Shown piece by piece: positions 35,505 through 48,761 of a DNA stretch of 64,000 nt. The notes under the pieces were generated by a model. It did no database searches and was not told the origin of the DNA. It saw only the letters and a list, made by a program, of their open reading frames with translations. The stretch is from Watersipora subatra (Eukaryota), in assembly GCF_963576615.1 (NCBI RefSeq), contig NC_088716.1, positions 43,559,910 to 43,623,909 on the forward strand. The letters are read 5' to 3'. The position numbers and the translations under genes are program-made. Numbering within the stretch: the first letter of the stretch is position 1; every line of letters begins with the position of its first letter.

Positions 35505-36400
35505 TCAAAGGTTGACTTGCAGCAAAATTCACATTACAGTTATTTGGTATCAAAAGATTCACCATGCCTTACTCTGTTGTGTTGTAAGTGCCAAATGTGT
35601 GGAAAAGTGATTACAAGCTCTTAAAAGCTCAAAAACGATAAGCCGCCTTAGACTGGAATCTCTTTATTTCTCTGACATAGCCATGAAATTTATTTATTGT
35701 CTTGTCACGGATGTTCTCACGTGAATTGAAAGGTCAATAAAAAGCTCAATATAAAACTTATCGTAGCACTAGTTTATGACAAGCACTTCGGGTTTTACCG
35801 AAGACCCCGTATCAAATATAGATGCTCACTACTTTACAGTTTTGTTTCGGCCTGGTCTAATCGGCAAGTCGTAATCTGATTATGTGACCCAATACTTCGA
35901 AAATAATTTTTGCAGCACTTTTCGATTATCAAAGGCGACCAACAGGCTCGTCATGATTATCAAACAATGATATGTACTCCTTCGAGGTAAGGCTAAAAAC
36001 TAAAAAACTAAATGAATTTTTACGGCAAGTTATAAGATATCACTGCTAAAAGTGACAGCATTTACAATGACGATAAAACAGACGCGTAAGAACAATAGAC
36101 ATGGTTTTATTGAACGTGTGAAGTATATTTGCGAAAATATTTCGACAAATAAGGTTGCATGAAAGTGTAAACAAAAACCATTTTTCACAATTACATCACA
36201 TTTGAGCCGTTTTGGAAAGAGAATCCAAACTACGGCGGTCTCGTGTGGCTGCGATTAACTGTTCATTTTTTAGCTTTTAAGAGCTTGTAATCACATACCC
36301 ACATATTTGGCACCTACAACACAACAAAGTAAGACATGGTGAATCTTTCGATATCAAATAACTGTAATGTGAATTTTGTTGCAAGTCAACCTTTAATGTT
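35505..36400. mobile_element. Foldback/long-TIR element: about 150-bp inverted arms (35505-35655 and 36250-36400) around a 600-bp core
   Basis: The arm GGTTGACTTGCAGCAAAATTCACATTACAGTTATTTGGTATCAAAAGATTCACCATGCCTTACTCTGTTGTGTTGTAAGTGCCAAATGTGTGG... is mirrored by its reverse complement at 36250-36400, with about 85-90% identity. Confidence 0.8.
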
Positions 36401-36540
36401 TAAAATTATTATAATTTTATTAACTAGTTGATATTATTAAACGTCTCCAGTACAATCGAGGTCTGCAACTAAATTCTACCAAACCAAACTGGCAGAGACA
36501 AATACATAGATTCATAAACAATGACAATAATGAAGCTACC

Positions 36541-36672
36541 TGGATAGAATGCCAAGGTAATTCTCACGGCTAGATGAGTGATAGAGGAGTTGTCTTTGCT
36601 TGCCATCTTTCGGGAGATGCTCTGTCGGTCGTGCCACAGCAAATACCTCACTAATGACAATATCCTCCTCAC
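36541..36672 (-). CDS. PARP4: PARP4-like exon: start of the PARP catalytic domain (H-S-S motif)
   Basis: Acceptor ttttttgcag| and donor AG|gtagct. In a frame different from the ORF-track frame it gives (G)EEDIVISEVFAVARPTEHLPKDGKQRQLLYHSSSRENYLGILS(R), resembling PARP4 PVDVLQIFRVGRVNE...RPLLHGSPVQNIVGILCR. The junction to the next exon yields GILSRGLLLPK, matching human GILCRGLLLPK. Confidence 0.7.
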
Positions 36673-36743
36673 TGCAAAAAAATATGAGTAAACGTAAAAC
36701 ACAGGGCACCGTTTTAGACTCAAGTTCTTAGCAATGAGTTATC

Positions 36744-37565
36744 TACAGTCATACCTCGACATACGAGTGTACTACAGTCATACCTCGACATACGAGTGCC
36801 CAAAATATGGGAAAATCGAGATACGGACAAAATTCCAAGCATATTTATGGCTTAAGGTACAAGAACCCTTTGACATATGAGCATACAAGACAGTTCTCGA
36901 TGGCCACTAAACGGCTAAGCATGCGAGAGGTCAAAAGGTCAAGCATGCGAGAGGTCAGTTTGAGAACAGCATTGCTCGGCCTTTCTCATTGACTCAGTTT
37001 AAAAAAGTTTTAAACATGTCGGCTAAAAGTAATAGTGAACGTGAGGCAAAAAGCACCAAGCGAGAACAGATGGTAAAAAATTAACACGAAGACAAAATGA
37101 AAGTTAAGAACAAGATTAAACCTCAGCTTTATGTGTGTGTTTTTAGTGAGCTGAAATCATTTAAGCTAAATTCCAATTTATGTTATGTTACGTAGCGTCA
37201 CAAAATTCTAGTGTACCAAACGCATTGCTGTCAAGTATCTCACACCGCCGTTAGCCAGTACATCTGTCTCGAAGGTAAGAACTTTGAACAGAGCGTAAGT
37301 AGTACTGTTACATTTCACTACATAATTATCCTAACCACTAAATAGGTATTTGTTACTTTGTGAGTGTAGCTACTGAATTCAACAAATCAAAACACGTTTT
37401 GCCATAATTGTATCCTGTGTTTGGGTGATTTTTCAATAGTATGGGAACGGATTAACTTGTATTTAGTCATTTTATATAGGAAATATTGCATTGAGATACC
37501 AGATCATGGACATACGCCCTCAGTGGCAAAACGCATTAAGCTCTTATGTTGAGGTATGACTGTAC
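36744..37565 (+). mobile_element. MITE family 1, copy C (5' TIR duplicated 2x)
   Basis: Starts TACAGTCATACCTCGACATACGAGTG TAC TACAGTCATACCTCGACATACGAGTG and ends ...GAGGTATGACTGTAC. The internal blocks are shared with copies A and B. Confidence 0.8.
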
Positions 37566-38127
37566 TTTCTCAGTATTCTTTGGTCCTGCGTTATATTAAA
37601 AACGTGTCCTATTATAAGTTCTCTATGTATACATAGATTAATAAACCAAAAGACAACTATGCAAATATAAAAATAATCATCACAGCAGACACCAATAAAA
37701 GTAACCTACTATATAAAATTCGATGGCCATATTGTGCGCATGCTCTAACAACTCGGGAACAAATATGATCATAAGACATCGTATCCAAATCTGAGCTGTG
37801 GCTCTCAGGCTAAGATGCTAACACGGAGCTATAGAGTAGTCAGTGAATGGCACATATAATGTGGGTAGAAGCTCGTAACAGAGCTGCATCGAATAAAAAA
37901 GTTAAGTTGCAAGTGGGGGCGCCATGGATCGGGTGTTTGTAGGTTCAATACCTATACACCGCAAGGCTTTTTCCTACATTATCGTGCATATGTAAGCTGT
38001 AGACAATATGGCTATCAAAACGATAACACGCAAATGAGACATGTGACAATACAGTGAATGATGTTGCGAGATGCCATCATAAAAAGCCTGAGATACGACA
38101 AATAAGCTAAAGTAAGCTAAGAAATAC

Positions 38128-38273
38128 CCGCTTTCGATTTCTTTGACGAGCTGGGGCCAATTTTGTTTTTCACATTCAGCAACGTGGCAGTTGAGAGACC
38201 GGAGTTTCGTAGTGATGTCACACTCTAGATTCCAATCCGTAGCCTCTCCAACACTCAACAAGTCATACAGCAG
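38128..38273 (-). CDS. PARP4: PARP4-like exon (regulatory region)
   Basis: Acceptor tcctag| and donor GG|gtattt. Translation LLYDLLSVGEATDWNLECDITTKLRSLNCHVAECEKQNWPQLVKEIES resembles PARP4 SLAKYRALRCKIEHVEQNTEEFLRVRKEV. Confidence 0.7.
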
Positions 38274-39358
38274 CTAGGAATTAAAATAACTGACAGCTTA
38301 AGCAGGTGCTAAAGTTTCCGATAAGATATACAGATAATTAGTTTGAGTACCGTAAAACCTTTATTTGAACGCCATGGCGCTCAATTTTTCAACCTTTCCC
38401 TATTATTAGTGGCTGTCATATCGAGGCGGCAGTCAAATAGAGATTTTACGGTAATTTAGATTCCAGTTGTGTTGGAATGAAGCATGTCATGACAATACAT
38501 TAACAAATGTGTACAATCATACAGTTTGTACAAAAAGGTAACAATGCAGAAATATCCTAAATGACCTGTAATACAAGTTATCTTAAACAAGGAGTAATGG
38601 AAATTAGTAAAGGAAACACGCCACTATGTAAATGAATTCAGACAATCTCACTGGCTGACAGTTTTGTTAGTCTCGCAAAATACCACGTAGCAAAAATAAT
38701 TTTGCAATGCGGTATTATACATATATGTATAATATTTTTTAATTTGAATAAACAGGATAAGTATTCATGGAATGGCCGAGACATAATGAGTTTTTATAGA
38801 ACTTGGCTCTTAGAGTTTTTCATGCTGATAGAGAGTCACTAGCAAATAGTTTTCTTAAATTAATGAAAGTATGATAGATATCCTATTAAATAACACATTT
38901 GATAACATATCTCTCATTTTTGGCGGTTAATCGGGACTCAGTAAAATGAGAAAATTCATGAAATAGAAACTGAAAAAGTGACTTCTTTATTAATTGTAAG
39001 CATTTTCATCTTTTTGTTGGACTCGTTAGATAGTTTTGAGGGTCAAGGGCATTTAAGAGGTATCGTGTTACAAATACTTTGTACTTTTACACTGCACAAA
39101 ATGTAACAGGAAACGGCGAAGCACAATGACTGATATCATTATGGAGAGAGAGAGAGATCTCACCGGGCCAGAATATTATAAATATTTATGTATTTGAATT
39201 CTTTGATTTTTATTTTTAATGAACTTTTTCAATGAAAAAACTGAAACTGTGATAGCTAAACGGAGAAGTGGTGAGGGATTACTGTACAAACAACCTTTTC
39301 CCAAAAAAGAAAAGAAAAGTTACCGTAATCAACAATTAGAATGTTTGAGTAGTCTTAC

Positions 39359-39510
39359 TTGCAGCACACAAAACTTCTTGCTGATGGACATGAGGTTATC
39401 GAGCCTGGAGTGTGTTTCATCCTGGCAAGGAAGGATGCTGTAGAATTCCTTTACAAGTTCTGAGTTGTTTCGACTTTCTTTAAAATTCTCTTTTATCTCG
39501 ATAAGAATTC
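39359..39510 (-). CDS. PARP4: PARP4-like exon (regulatory region)
   Basis: Acceptor ttttaatag| and donor CAA|gtaaga. Translation (G)ILIEIKENFKESRNNSELVKEFYSILPCQDETHSRLDNLMSISKKFCVLQ resembles PARP4 ...TEFYRLIPHK...LLAKKADLCQLI. The phase-1 start matches the previous exon's 1-nt overhang. Confidence 0.7.
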
Positions 39511-39917
39511 CTATTAAAAGATAAAGAAAGATGACATTTTGAAAAAAACGTGGGAGTTATCTGATTTAGACTGATAAAGAGGTGAAAACTCCAAATTATG
39601 ATTTTTAACCAATTCAAAGGCATCCTAGCACATCAGCGTACTAAGGTTACTTTAGGACGAGGAGTCACGCAACTTCCAGATGGTCATTTCCCAATTAGCA
39701 CACTAGTAGGTAGGCATATTTATGGAAAGTCAATACCAGGTAAAACTTACATTCAAAGCGGTACAGAAAATAGTAGCTTCTGCATTGATTTAAAAGTGAT
39801 AGTTGATTTCGTTAGAGTGTTACAATTTATAATTTTGTTTCATTAGGCATCAACTGAGGGCATATAAATTGCATTTGCAAGTTTCCTCAAGTCTGTTTTT
39901 ACTGGAGTATCTCATAC

Positions 39918-40071
39918 CTTCCGCTTGTTCAACTGTTGCCTTGGACAGATCACTCAATGGGATTGACAAGTGCTTCGCCACTTCGCCTACCGCATCAGCC
40001 CACACGGTGTGTACGAATGACTTGACCATGCTTGTCAATTCCCTGCACGAAGTGGCCCATGTGAAGAGAGC
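39918..40071 (-). CDS. PARP4: PARP4-like exon (PARP helical/regulatory region)
   Basis: Acceptor ctttgtttag| and donor |gtatgag. Translation ALFTWATSCRELTSMVKSFVHTVWADAVGEVAKHLSIPLSDLSKATVEQAE resembles PARP4 VEMIWAEALGHLEHML...ISLNDVSKAEG. Confidence 0.7.
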
Positions 40072-40859
40072 CTAAACAAAGAGATCAAATGTGAATGTTT
40101 ACAACCCTGCAATTACAAAACAGGAAACAAAGAATATTCAAAGAGAAGATAAATTTTCACAGAAAGTAAACACAATATTATTCAATAAATTATTACTTTT
40201 ATCTAAGCTAAAAAGACTAAGAAATTAAAAATTGTATTGAGAAATTTTGTTATTTCATACCAATCAATCTTTTTAAGAATGCTCGCTCAACCAATCAAAA
40301 CTTACCTTTTAGTTGCTTAACCTATGAACTGAAAGGGCAATTATAAGAATTATAAAAGGTTCACTTCTAAGTGAAAGTTTCTGGGAAAATACAGAATAGC
40401 ATATCTAAAATTACACACATGATTTTAAATGTGATGTTGATGAACTTATAATGTACGCCAATATAATGTACCATAGAATCAACACTGTTAACAATAGTTT
40501 TCAATAAAAAATATTTACATTAGAAATCTATTGTTCTTTTGTATTTGTTTCAGCCGAAATATACAGAAAAATGAACAAAGTTATTAAATGCGAACACTGT
40601 AAACGCCGTAAAGAAATCCGGACCTTTCATTGGTCAATTGATTTGAACTAAACGCTCTGGAGTTTGTGATATACTCATGAGTTTCACAAGGCAGCAATTT
40701 GAGATATGACATCGTCAAGGTAGTCAAGTACAGAAGTATTCTAAGTGAATGGGCTAGATATGAGCGCTAACTTTTTTGTAGCCCAGGCATATGACAACGG
40801 CAATAGTAATATAACACTAGTCAGTTTAACATAACATTTAAAGAAAATCCCATCGTGAG

Positions 40860-40965
40860 CGTTAAAAAAGAGGATTGCACTGCATGGGAATCAAACCCAT
40901 GATATTCAGATTCTCATTCAAGCAACCTACCACATGCTCCACTCGACCTACCACCTGCTCCACTC
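40860..40965 (-). other. tRNA-derived SINE-like element (minus strand) with T-arm GGGTTTGATTCCC and a terminal oligo-T
   Basis: Minus strand ...GAATATCATGGGTTTGATTCCCATGCAGTGCAATCCTCTTTTTT. Upstream GTCGAGTGGAGCA(G/T)GTGGTAGG is duplicated. Confidence 0.35.
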
Positions 40966-43006
40966 GACCACCTTTGCACATGTAAGAATAATTGTGAATA
41001 TAGTTAAGCATAACGACCTCTCACGTCACGCAGCGCTGCCAGCATACCAATTTACAATAAAAACTTAGTCTTTATATACAAAGATTGTTCAACTCTTCAA
41101 AGTCAAAACACATTTTCAAAAAAAATTGAAAGTCGACATGGATATGTATAATCTTTCATAACTTGAAAAGTAATTGGTATTTCTTTAAACGGAAAATTGC
41201 ATTTTCTTCAGCACATCTTCTTTTTAATGACGACTAGCTTTACTAAGTTTTTCTATTCCATAATAATGAAAAAAAATGGTTTAGAGATATAATTTCTAAA
41301 CCGCCCTAAATTGCAGAAAATCATTGGCTATAAAAAGACAAAAATAATGTTACACATGTTTATGACCTCTCATGTTAGCCATGTACATCATAGTGAGCAC
41401 TGAAACCTTGTCATCATAATAGCTTTATTATTTTGCATTACAGAGGACATGTTTCCATCAAACACCACGAAGAGATATGAGTAGGATTGTGGAAGTTGTA
41501 TGATGAATGCTCTTTTACTTTCGTTAATGCTTTGAGTGAGGACACTCTTTGTAAGTTTGTACAAAATAAAAGTGTTGATTTGTTCTATTTCTAAGCAATT
41601 TAAAAAAGTCATTTCTAGACCTAATACTAACTGAGAAAATTCGGAAACTAAAAGCGCTCATAAAAATGATAGTTGGGTAAGGGTAATTTACTAGCCAGAT
41701 CAGTTGATCAAACACTTTGCTAAAACGCTTTTACTTGGTTGCAGCAGAATCAGGAACTCCTGAAGATTTCGAATAACAAAATTCACATCGATTGTGTGGC
41801 TCGTTTCACAGCAATAAGAAAAATTAAACCGGATACTAAGCTCTGGTAATTTAGCCTTCGTTTTTTATTGCCGATATTGGAAAAATAATAAAACCACTAT
41901 TTTGCTGACATAAGATTTCAAATAGAGTGTATCTTGTAGATAATTTGCGCCGAACACAGCTAAAAATAATTATTTAGCTACCATTAGTGGTTGCTATGCA
42001 ACAAAATGAACTACGCAATGCCAGAAAGCCGCATGGTGCGACCTGCCGACTTTGAAAGAGTTAACTTATTTTTAAATTTTATCTTTTAAATTTTAACTCT
42101 TTCGCTATTGTTAAAGCGTTTGCGCATGGTCAAGAGCCTCATTATCCGGCTTTTGTAAGCTTCGAACAATACGTTTCTGATTAGTGAGTAGTTGATTAAT
42201 TACCCAATCGTATCGTATCTGTACTTTAACGAAAGGAAAGAATTATCTGCATGCGTTGAGCCAATAGAAAATATGTTTAAAACCCGTCCTGAGCATAGCT
42301 TGACTTTACAGAAACTTTCTTTTGTATCGCAATTTCTTCTTGGCAATGACCAGTTGTGTCAGACCCATTAGAGCTACGAAGGTTTCTCTCATTTTAGATC
42401 TTTGGGTTTTGGGTGACTTTTATTGAACAATAGGACTACTGAGAGTGATTATTTTATTTTTAGGAGCAATAATAATAATAATGCCGTAAGCCGTAGCATT
42501 ATTGATAAATCGTGCGACTTGAACATGCTCAAAGCCGCAGTGAAAATGGTCGAAAGAGTGTCGGAGTTCATTCTGCAACATACATGTATCTGTGGTATTA
42601 TCAATCGCATTGACTGATGTTAAATTTTATGCTGATTAATTTGGTATCAAAATATATTTTATAGACCGTGTGGTTCAAATGCTATGACAGCGTATACGCA
42701 CCCTTATCAAATATTAGGTTTTACTAAATATGTAATTATGCCACAGTAAAAAAAATTAATTTGGAAGCAAAAGTTAATGTTAGTTTTCATGTATTAATAT
42801 ATATATATATATATATATATTATTACATGGAAACTAAAATAACACTAAATATAGAAAACATATTGGACAATATTCTAAATTTATTAAAAAGTAATAATGG
42901 AAATGGATACACAGGAAATAAAGACAGAAGCAGCAAAAACAGAACAGAAAGGTTATGTTGTAGTTATTGTTAGAAAAGTTACAAAAGTGATTGTGTAATG
43001 CCACAC

Positions 43007-43162
43007 CTGAATGAGCTTTGGTGATCCTCTGCGTACAGGGATGTAGCTCATGCGAGAATAGCCCAAGTTGTACTCATTGTGAGCACAGAGGCTAGCAAAT
43101 AATAGCTCTGCCTGAAAAGGCCCATTAGCCTCTCTTACTTCTGTGGATGAGCTCTCCTTTTT
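43007..43162 (-). CDS. PARP4: PARP4-like exon
   Basis: Acceptor ttctacag| and donor CAG|gtgtgg. Translation KKESSSTEVREANGPFQAELLFASLCAHNEYNLGYSRMSYIPVRRGSPKLIQ (52 codons, phase 0/0). Confidence 0.6.
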
Positions 43163-44189
43163 CTGTAGAACAAACAGGCATTAAATAGCTGTACAAAGTT
43201 TTCAGATCAAAACATTTGAAAAAGAAACTTCTACTTATGACAGCTAACATAAACTGACATAATTTTATTACGACTACACATAAAGATCATTGAACTAAAC
43301 TTTTAAAATTTCTATAACTCTAATTTCAAAAAGACTTCTTGATACCGAATAAATCATTCAGGCCAGTAAACAATTGGGGTAAAGTAAGGAGTTAAACCAG
43401 AAATTCTAGAGCAGCACCATCTGATACACTAGCACTTCCGATACAACAGGCTTATTTACAACAGGCTCGTTTACCCTTTCAACTCAAAATTGTCTGGATA
43501 AATTTTTAAAAAAGATTTCAAAACACCAAAAACAAAAATTCAAAATTGTGAATTTTATCTCAAAGCTTATAGTGAAGGTAGTTTTCTGCCCATGTGCTAT
43601 GTTAGAGGGTTGTCTTAACTGGGTCATAGTAAATTACTCAGTATTCTAGCGGCAATGTAAGGATGGCATCCCTAACATTGGTAAAAACCTGTGTTAACCC
43701 GAAAGCTTTACCCACATTTAAAACTACATTTTGCAATTCGGGTTTAATTGTGTTTGTGATAGCTATTCCACTGCCATATTTTCACATCCAATAAATTTGC
43801 AAACTAGCCAAGTCTTACAAAATACTTTTCTTGCAAAAATAATTGTGCTCATAAGAAACCTTGAGGAATGGCAGATAAGCAACACAAAGTTCATAAACAA
43901 AAGCGATACGAGTCAGGTTTCACACGGCCCAGCATAAAATTATCAGACATATTTCAAGGCTACCAAACGCTTGACTTTGTTTGTCAGGACAATAACACTT
44001 CAGAAAAGATTTAGTAACAATGTTTGAACACACCTGCCTTGAGGCATGATTGTAGCTATGGCCTTTTTGACTAAATTACAAAAATAAGGATTTAGATTTC
44101 ACTTCTAAAAAGTAAGACAAGTCCAAGTCTATATAATATCATCAGTGATCAGAATATTATACATATATGTATATGTTTTGTGCCAACAT

Positions 44190-44195
44190 ATGTGT

Positions 44196-44256
<61 letters not shown>

Positions 44257-44260
44257 CATT
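44190..44260. repeat. (TA)n microsatellite of about 60 bp; a shorter (TA)n at 42785-42820
   Basis: Visible. Confidence 0.95.
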
Positions 44261-44496
44261 TATATGTATGCGCCATATATATATATGTGTCATATATATT
44301 TGCGACATATACATGTATATTTGTGCCATATATATGCATGCCAAATACATATACTGTATATGTGTGTCACATCTATATCAGGGCCAATAAACAAAATAAG
44401 GTTATTATTAATCTTACATCAACATTTATCTCTGAATTCTCTAAGGAAGGGTAAAGGTCAAGCATATTTTTCCGCATTGTTTGAATAAGATTACAG

Positions 44497-44650
44497 AACG
44501 AGTTATTTTAACCAAGAGTAAGTTATTTTAACTAAGAGTAAGTTATCTTAACCAAGAGTAAGTTATTTTAACCAAGAGTAAGTTATTTTAACCAAGAGTA
44601 AGTTATTTTAACCAAAGTTATTTTAAACAAGAGTAAGTTGTTTTAACCAA
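44497..44650. repeat. 21-bp tandem repeat (ACCAAGAGTAAGTTATTTTAA)n, about 7 copies
   Basis: Visible. Confidence 0.9.
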
Positions 44651-45780
44651 GAGTAAGTAACACCATAAAATCACTTGTAATAAATGTTCACCAGGCGTAT
44701 GCTAAAGCAGTTGTACAGAACTATATGGAGTTCAATCATACAAACATATGCAAACAATACATCTATACAAACATATGGAGTTCGATCTGACAGATTTAAT
44801 AGTATTATTACTATTAAGCTAGCTTTTAACTAGGCCAAATCAATTTATGAGCTGGGCAGTGTATTATTACCCAGTCTTCTAGTTGAAACTTGACTCAGAA
44901 AGTAAAATAATTAGCTAAAAACCTGCTTCTACTGATATAATTGCCAACACAATGGACAGACTTTAAATCTTCACTGTCATTCATTCCCCATCATTAGTTT
45001 GCATTAGTTTTTAAATCAAAAAATTTGCTACTTGAAAATTCATCATTTAGTTTTGCGAATCAAACTTCTGTGAAACATCAGTAAAAAAATGATTTAAAAT
45101 TTTACATTTAAACTGAATTAGAAAAAGAAAACAAATTTTTCTCTCTATACACTGAAAATCCCAGTTTACAACTACTCTACATATGAATCTCTTGAGATAT
45201 GATGTACAAGTGGACAAACATTTAGCAATCAATCTTCATAAAAAAAAGATTTAAATTAATTAGTTTTTGTTTTAGCATAAATCAAAATAATGAAAAATTC
45301 CAAGTTTCCAAAATTTTGTAGAAGCGCCATTTTAAAATTTCAAAAATGGTTTAAGTTTGAGGCACAAAGTTAATCAATTATCATGATATGATGGACGAGA
45401 GTAGAGAATTAATTTAGATCAAGAAAAACTAGCACCATATCACCTGTTCCATGTCACGATATGATGTTGGGAAAAGATAGCATCATACGGGATTCGAACC
45501 AGCAGAACCACAGAATTCAGCATCATCGGACAGCACGCTACTACTTGAGCCAATAAGTTACCTTCACATACTAAAGTATTATTGTACATATACAAGCAGT
45601 TATAAAATGCTTTTTATCAGCCTGCCTGACGATTGCTCTCGGCACCCGAGACTGCCAGAGTACTGTGCGTAACGACAGTACCGTATTATCTTATCCAGCG
45701 ATGATAACTATTGATAGTCGCAATAAGTATTCACACTTCATAGCACAGTTATAGCTCTAGAGATTGTAGTCATGGATTAC

Positions 45781-45873
45781 CATGTCAGGGTAGTGCTGGG
45801 TAGTGACTTTGAACTCTTTCTTGTCGCTGTCCGTCAGGAGAACATGAATCTCAAGAACGCACAGCTCTCCATT
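45781..45873 (-). CDS. PARP4: PARP4-like exon
   Basis: Acceptor gatctgcag| and donor ATG|gtaatc. Translation NGELCVLEIHVLLTDSDKKEFKVTTQHYPDM resembles PARP4 EAVVVELQCSRDSRDCPFLISSHF. Phase 0 at both ends. Confidence 0.6.
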
Positions 45874-46879
45874 CTGCAGATCATTAACACTTTTGAGATA
45901 GAATGAGAATGAAAAAAAATCACTACTAATTTACACAAAATACACACATGTATGTTACCAGTATGCCGTATACTGCATACATAATCTTTCTGAAGTATAC
46001 AATGAATAAGGCAGAAAACTACATCAGGCAAACTAAACATTTTAGGTATATTACGGAAAGTGATGAGAGGAGAGGTACACACAGGCGTAGAGAGACTCAC
46101 ATAAATCTTGTAAAATTACAAGGAATGTCTGGTTAAGAGGAAATTATACGTTACTGACAATAGAGAGCTAGCGATACAGAAAGAGATGGAAACTTCTGAG
46201 AGAAAAGGTAGACTCGTGAGTCTGTGAGACTCGTGAGTCTATGCCTCTTGGCGATTGGATGAACAAATCATAAAACATCGGAATAGTTATAAATAAACCA
46301 ACCAGATTTTGGAATCAAATAATTACAAAAACTAACACGGTGATTTTGCATACACGAGCAAATTTACATAAGGTATAGGAGACTATGAAACTTATACCTG
46401 CAATCGAGCATTTATTAACATTATGTGATCAAAAATATATTCCTAGGATCACATGCTAAAAACCCGCAACATTAAACATCCATAAAAGTGGCTAGTAATA
46501 GATGCTTAAAATTTTCTAAATTGAGTGATTAAAGAACTGGGCATGCATTAACAGCGTGCAGTCGGGTGGGAGGCGGGGTTGAAGTTAGATTATTGTGACC
46601 TCATGCTAGAAATACAACAATCAACAATGCTTTAAAGGCAGCCACCCACTACGGATATGATCTACAGTCCTGATAGAATCGCGAGGTGACCAACTTTGCA
46701 CATATTACGTACTTGATTATCATGGAAACTAGTTGAATTGTAGTGATAATAATTTTCACAAGCAGCCACAATATTGGAGATGGTTGGAAAGTTGTGAAAC
46801 TATGTTCAATATTCTATTTTTTCAACTTTATTTCTGTTTAACTTATTTCAAAAAATAGGCTAATAAGAAACTGTATTAC

Positions 46880-47028
46880 CTTTTTGTGCTGGAATGCCCA
46901 TTTAGGCACTCTATATCTTTTGGGTTCATCTATATAGCCTGTGTACCTATCATCCGTATAGCTTGGAAAGCTTTTCCAGTCTACTGAGCTAGGCAGCAAG
47001 GTGTGAGCAGCTTTGCTCTTGGTATTTC
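46880..47028 (-). CDS. PARP4: PARP4-like exon (linker after BRCT)
   Basis: Acceptor ttttcaaag| and donor AAG|gtaata. Translation (G)NTKSKAAHTLLPSSVDWKSFPSYTDDRYTGYIDEPKRYRVPKWAFQHKK. Phase is compatible with its neighbours. The region is divergent and homology is weak. Confidence 0.5.
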
Positions 47029-48565
47029 CTTTGAAAATATGTAATTGCAAGTCTGTGGATTACCTCAATCAGAGAAAGAAAGTTGATTTGTCAATTCTTT
47101 TTAAATTGAAGGCAGAATTAGGGAAAGTGAAAGGCTGCAATGTTAAACCAAAATGGTCAACACGAGTAGGTTAGTTTACTAACACATAGCCATAGACATC
47201 TAAGCTAAAGACTTGTAATTGAGCACAGAGAAGTAATTTACACATCTCTTCATTTCTTACAATTTATTAACAAAACTAACAAACTTTGACAGCCTTTGTA
47301 TAACATTTGGTATTTCTTGTAGGAACTGAGTGTATAATCAGAAATTGTGTGCACTTGTACTGATAAAATCTCACTGATTAATAACGCTAGTACATAGTCA
47401 AATTTAAAAACCTTGTTTATCAAGGCACTCTTAGATTCCATTTGAGAAGAGGCTACAAACATTGGGTACATATAACATTCCAAGTTAAGTCATGCAACAT
47501 TTACAAATGTAGAATTACACTTGGGGATGGGAGGCGCAAAGACTCATGCTGACTGCGGATATGCGGAGGCACTAACGACATACTCTTGAAAGCGTTCTAT
47601 AAATGTTATCGGAATCATCTACAAATGTTCCTTCACTTGACAGAGTAATTACTACGTCCGCCCATCGCTTATTATTAAAAGTTGCTAAAAGTAGAGGATA
47701 GCTCCAAGCTCATGGGCACCTGTAAGCCTTACACTTGGAAGTCTAGTCATGTGTATACACAAGCGTGTCCCCAGATCCTAGACAGTATTAACAAGTTTCC
47801 ATCAACTATGAAAAACCTATAATAGCACAATCTCTCTCGAACCGAATACCATTTTTAGGATTCAAACATGTAGAACCAAAAAAAACAAAATCAAGAAGAA
47901 TAGTTTTTATTCACACTCTTTCAAAGAAGGGATATTTTAGATGTAACTGAAGATACATAATGATTGCAGTACACTGAGTCTGATAGATAGCGTATAGCAA
48001 ATAAAGTTAGAGTGTGTAAGATCTATCGGAGCTAAGAGTGTGTAAAACAATAGTTGTAGTTTACAACTATTGTTGCTGAAGAAACAAGTTTTCCAGCTTT
48101 TTCCATTTTTGATTTTCATTAAAAAGAATTCTAATCAGTGTGTCATTAGAGATTAATGTTCTGTCAGTTGCCATTTTTCATTTCTCAGTCAGTTAGAAGT
48201 GTCTTTTGAAGTCGGCAATATGTCAAGAAGTAATAGTCCAACTGACTTGGAAATCATATTGAGAACATATTAAGTGGAAAGCAACGAAGATTCCATAACC
48301 CTACGTAAACCGGAAGTACACGGAAATAAAGCAAAACTACGCAGGCGAGTTTGCTTGGGCGTAGAATCAGGGGGAAATGATTCCCTACATGATCTCAGAC
48401 ACAATCTTCAAAGTGTTAAAGATTACATATTGCGGACCGCAGGTCAAACAGTTATTTTATGGTTTTACATAGTGAATCTGCATGATCTTTTAATTACTTG
48501 GGTGGAAACACAATCTTCTGGGTGACTTATATTAATGACACTTACATGTGAATATTGTAACATAC

Positions 48566-48761
48566 CAGAAATCTTTCCTGACTGTAGTTGATTCACCAGA
48601 CGCTGCCCAAATATCATATAGTCATCGTAATGTTTCAAGCTTCCCTGCGCAATGCTGTCAGTAATGTATGTCAAGTCTAATACAGGGATAGACAAATCCA
48701 ATGCTCTCTTGCATTTGTATGACTCTTTGTGTGTGCTGTCGGCTAGGATAACAGCATCAAC
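48566..48761 (-). CDS. PARP4: PARP4-like exon: BRCT domain
   Basis: Acceptor ttgaacag| and donor |gtatgt. Translation VDAVILADSTHKESYKCKRALDLSIPVLDLTYITDSIAQGSLKHYDDYMIFGQRLVNQLQSGKIS is a BRCT pattern. Phase 0 start joins exon 1 (...HILRKE|VDAV). Confidence 0.75.

Noticed and set aside
36469-36723. ORF-track frame of this ORF (VRRILSLVRYLLWHDRQSISRKMASKD...) with an apparent LLWHD motif
   Set aside because: That is the wrong frame. The +1 frame bounded by AG/GT gives the PARP4-homologous EEDIVISEVF...QLLYHSSSRENYLGILS in correct phase.
44145-44488. Three overlapping ORFs rich in Ile/Tyr/Cys
   Set aside because: They are translations of the (TA)n and TATGTG microsatellite.
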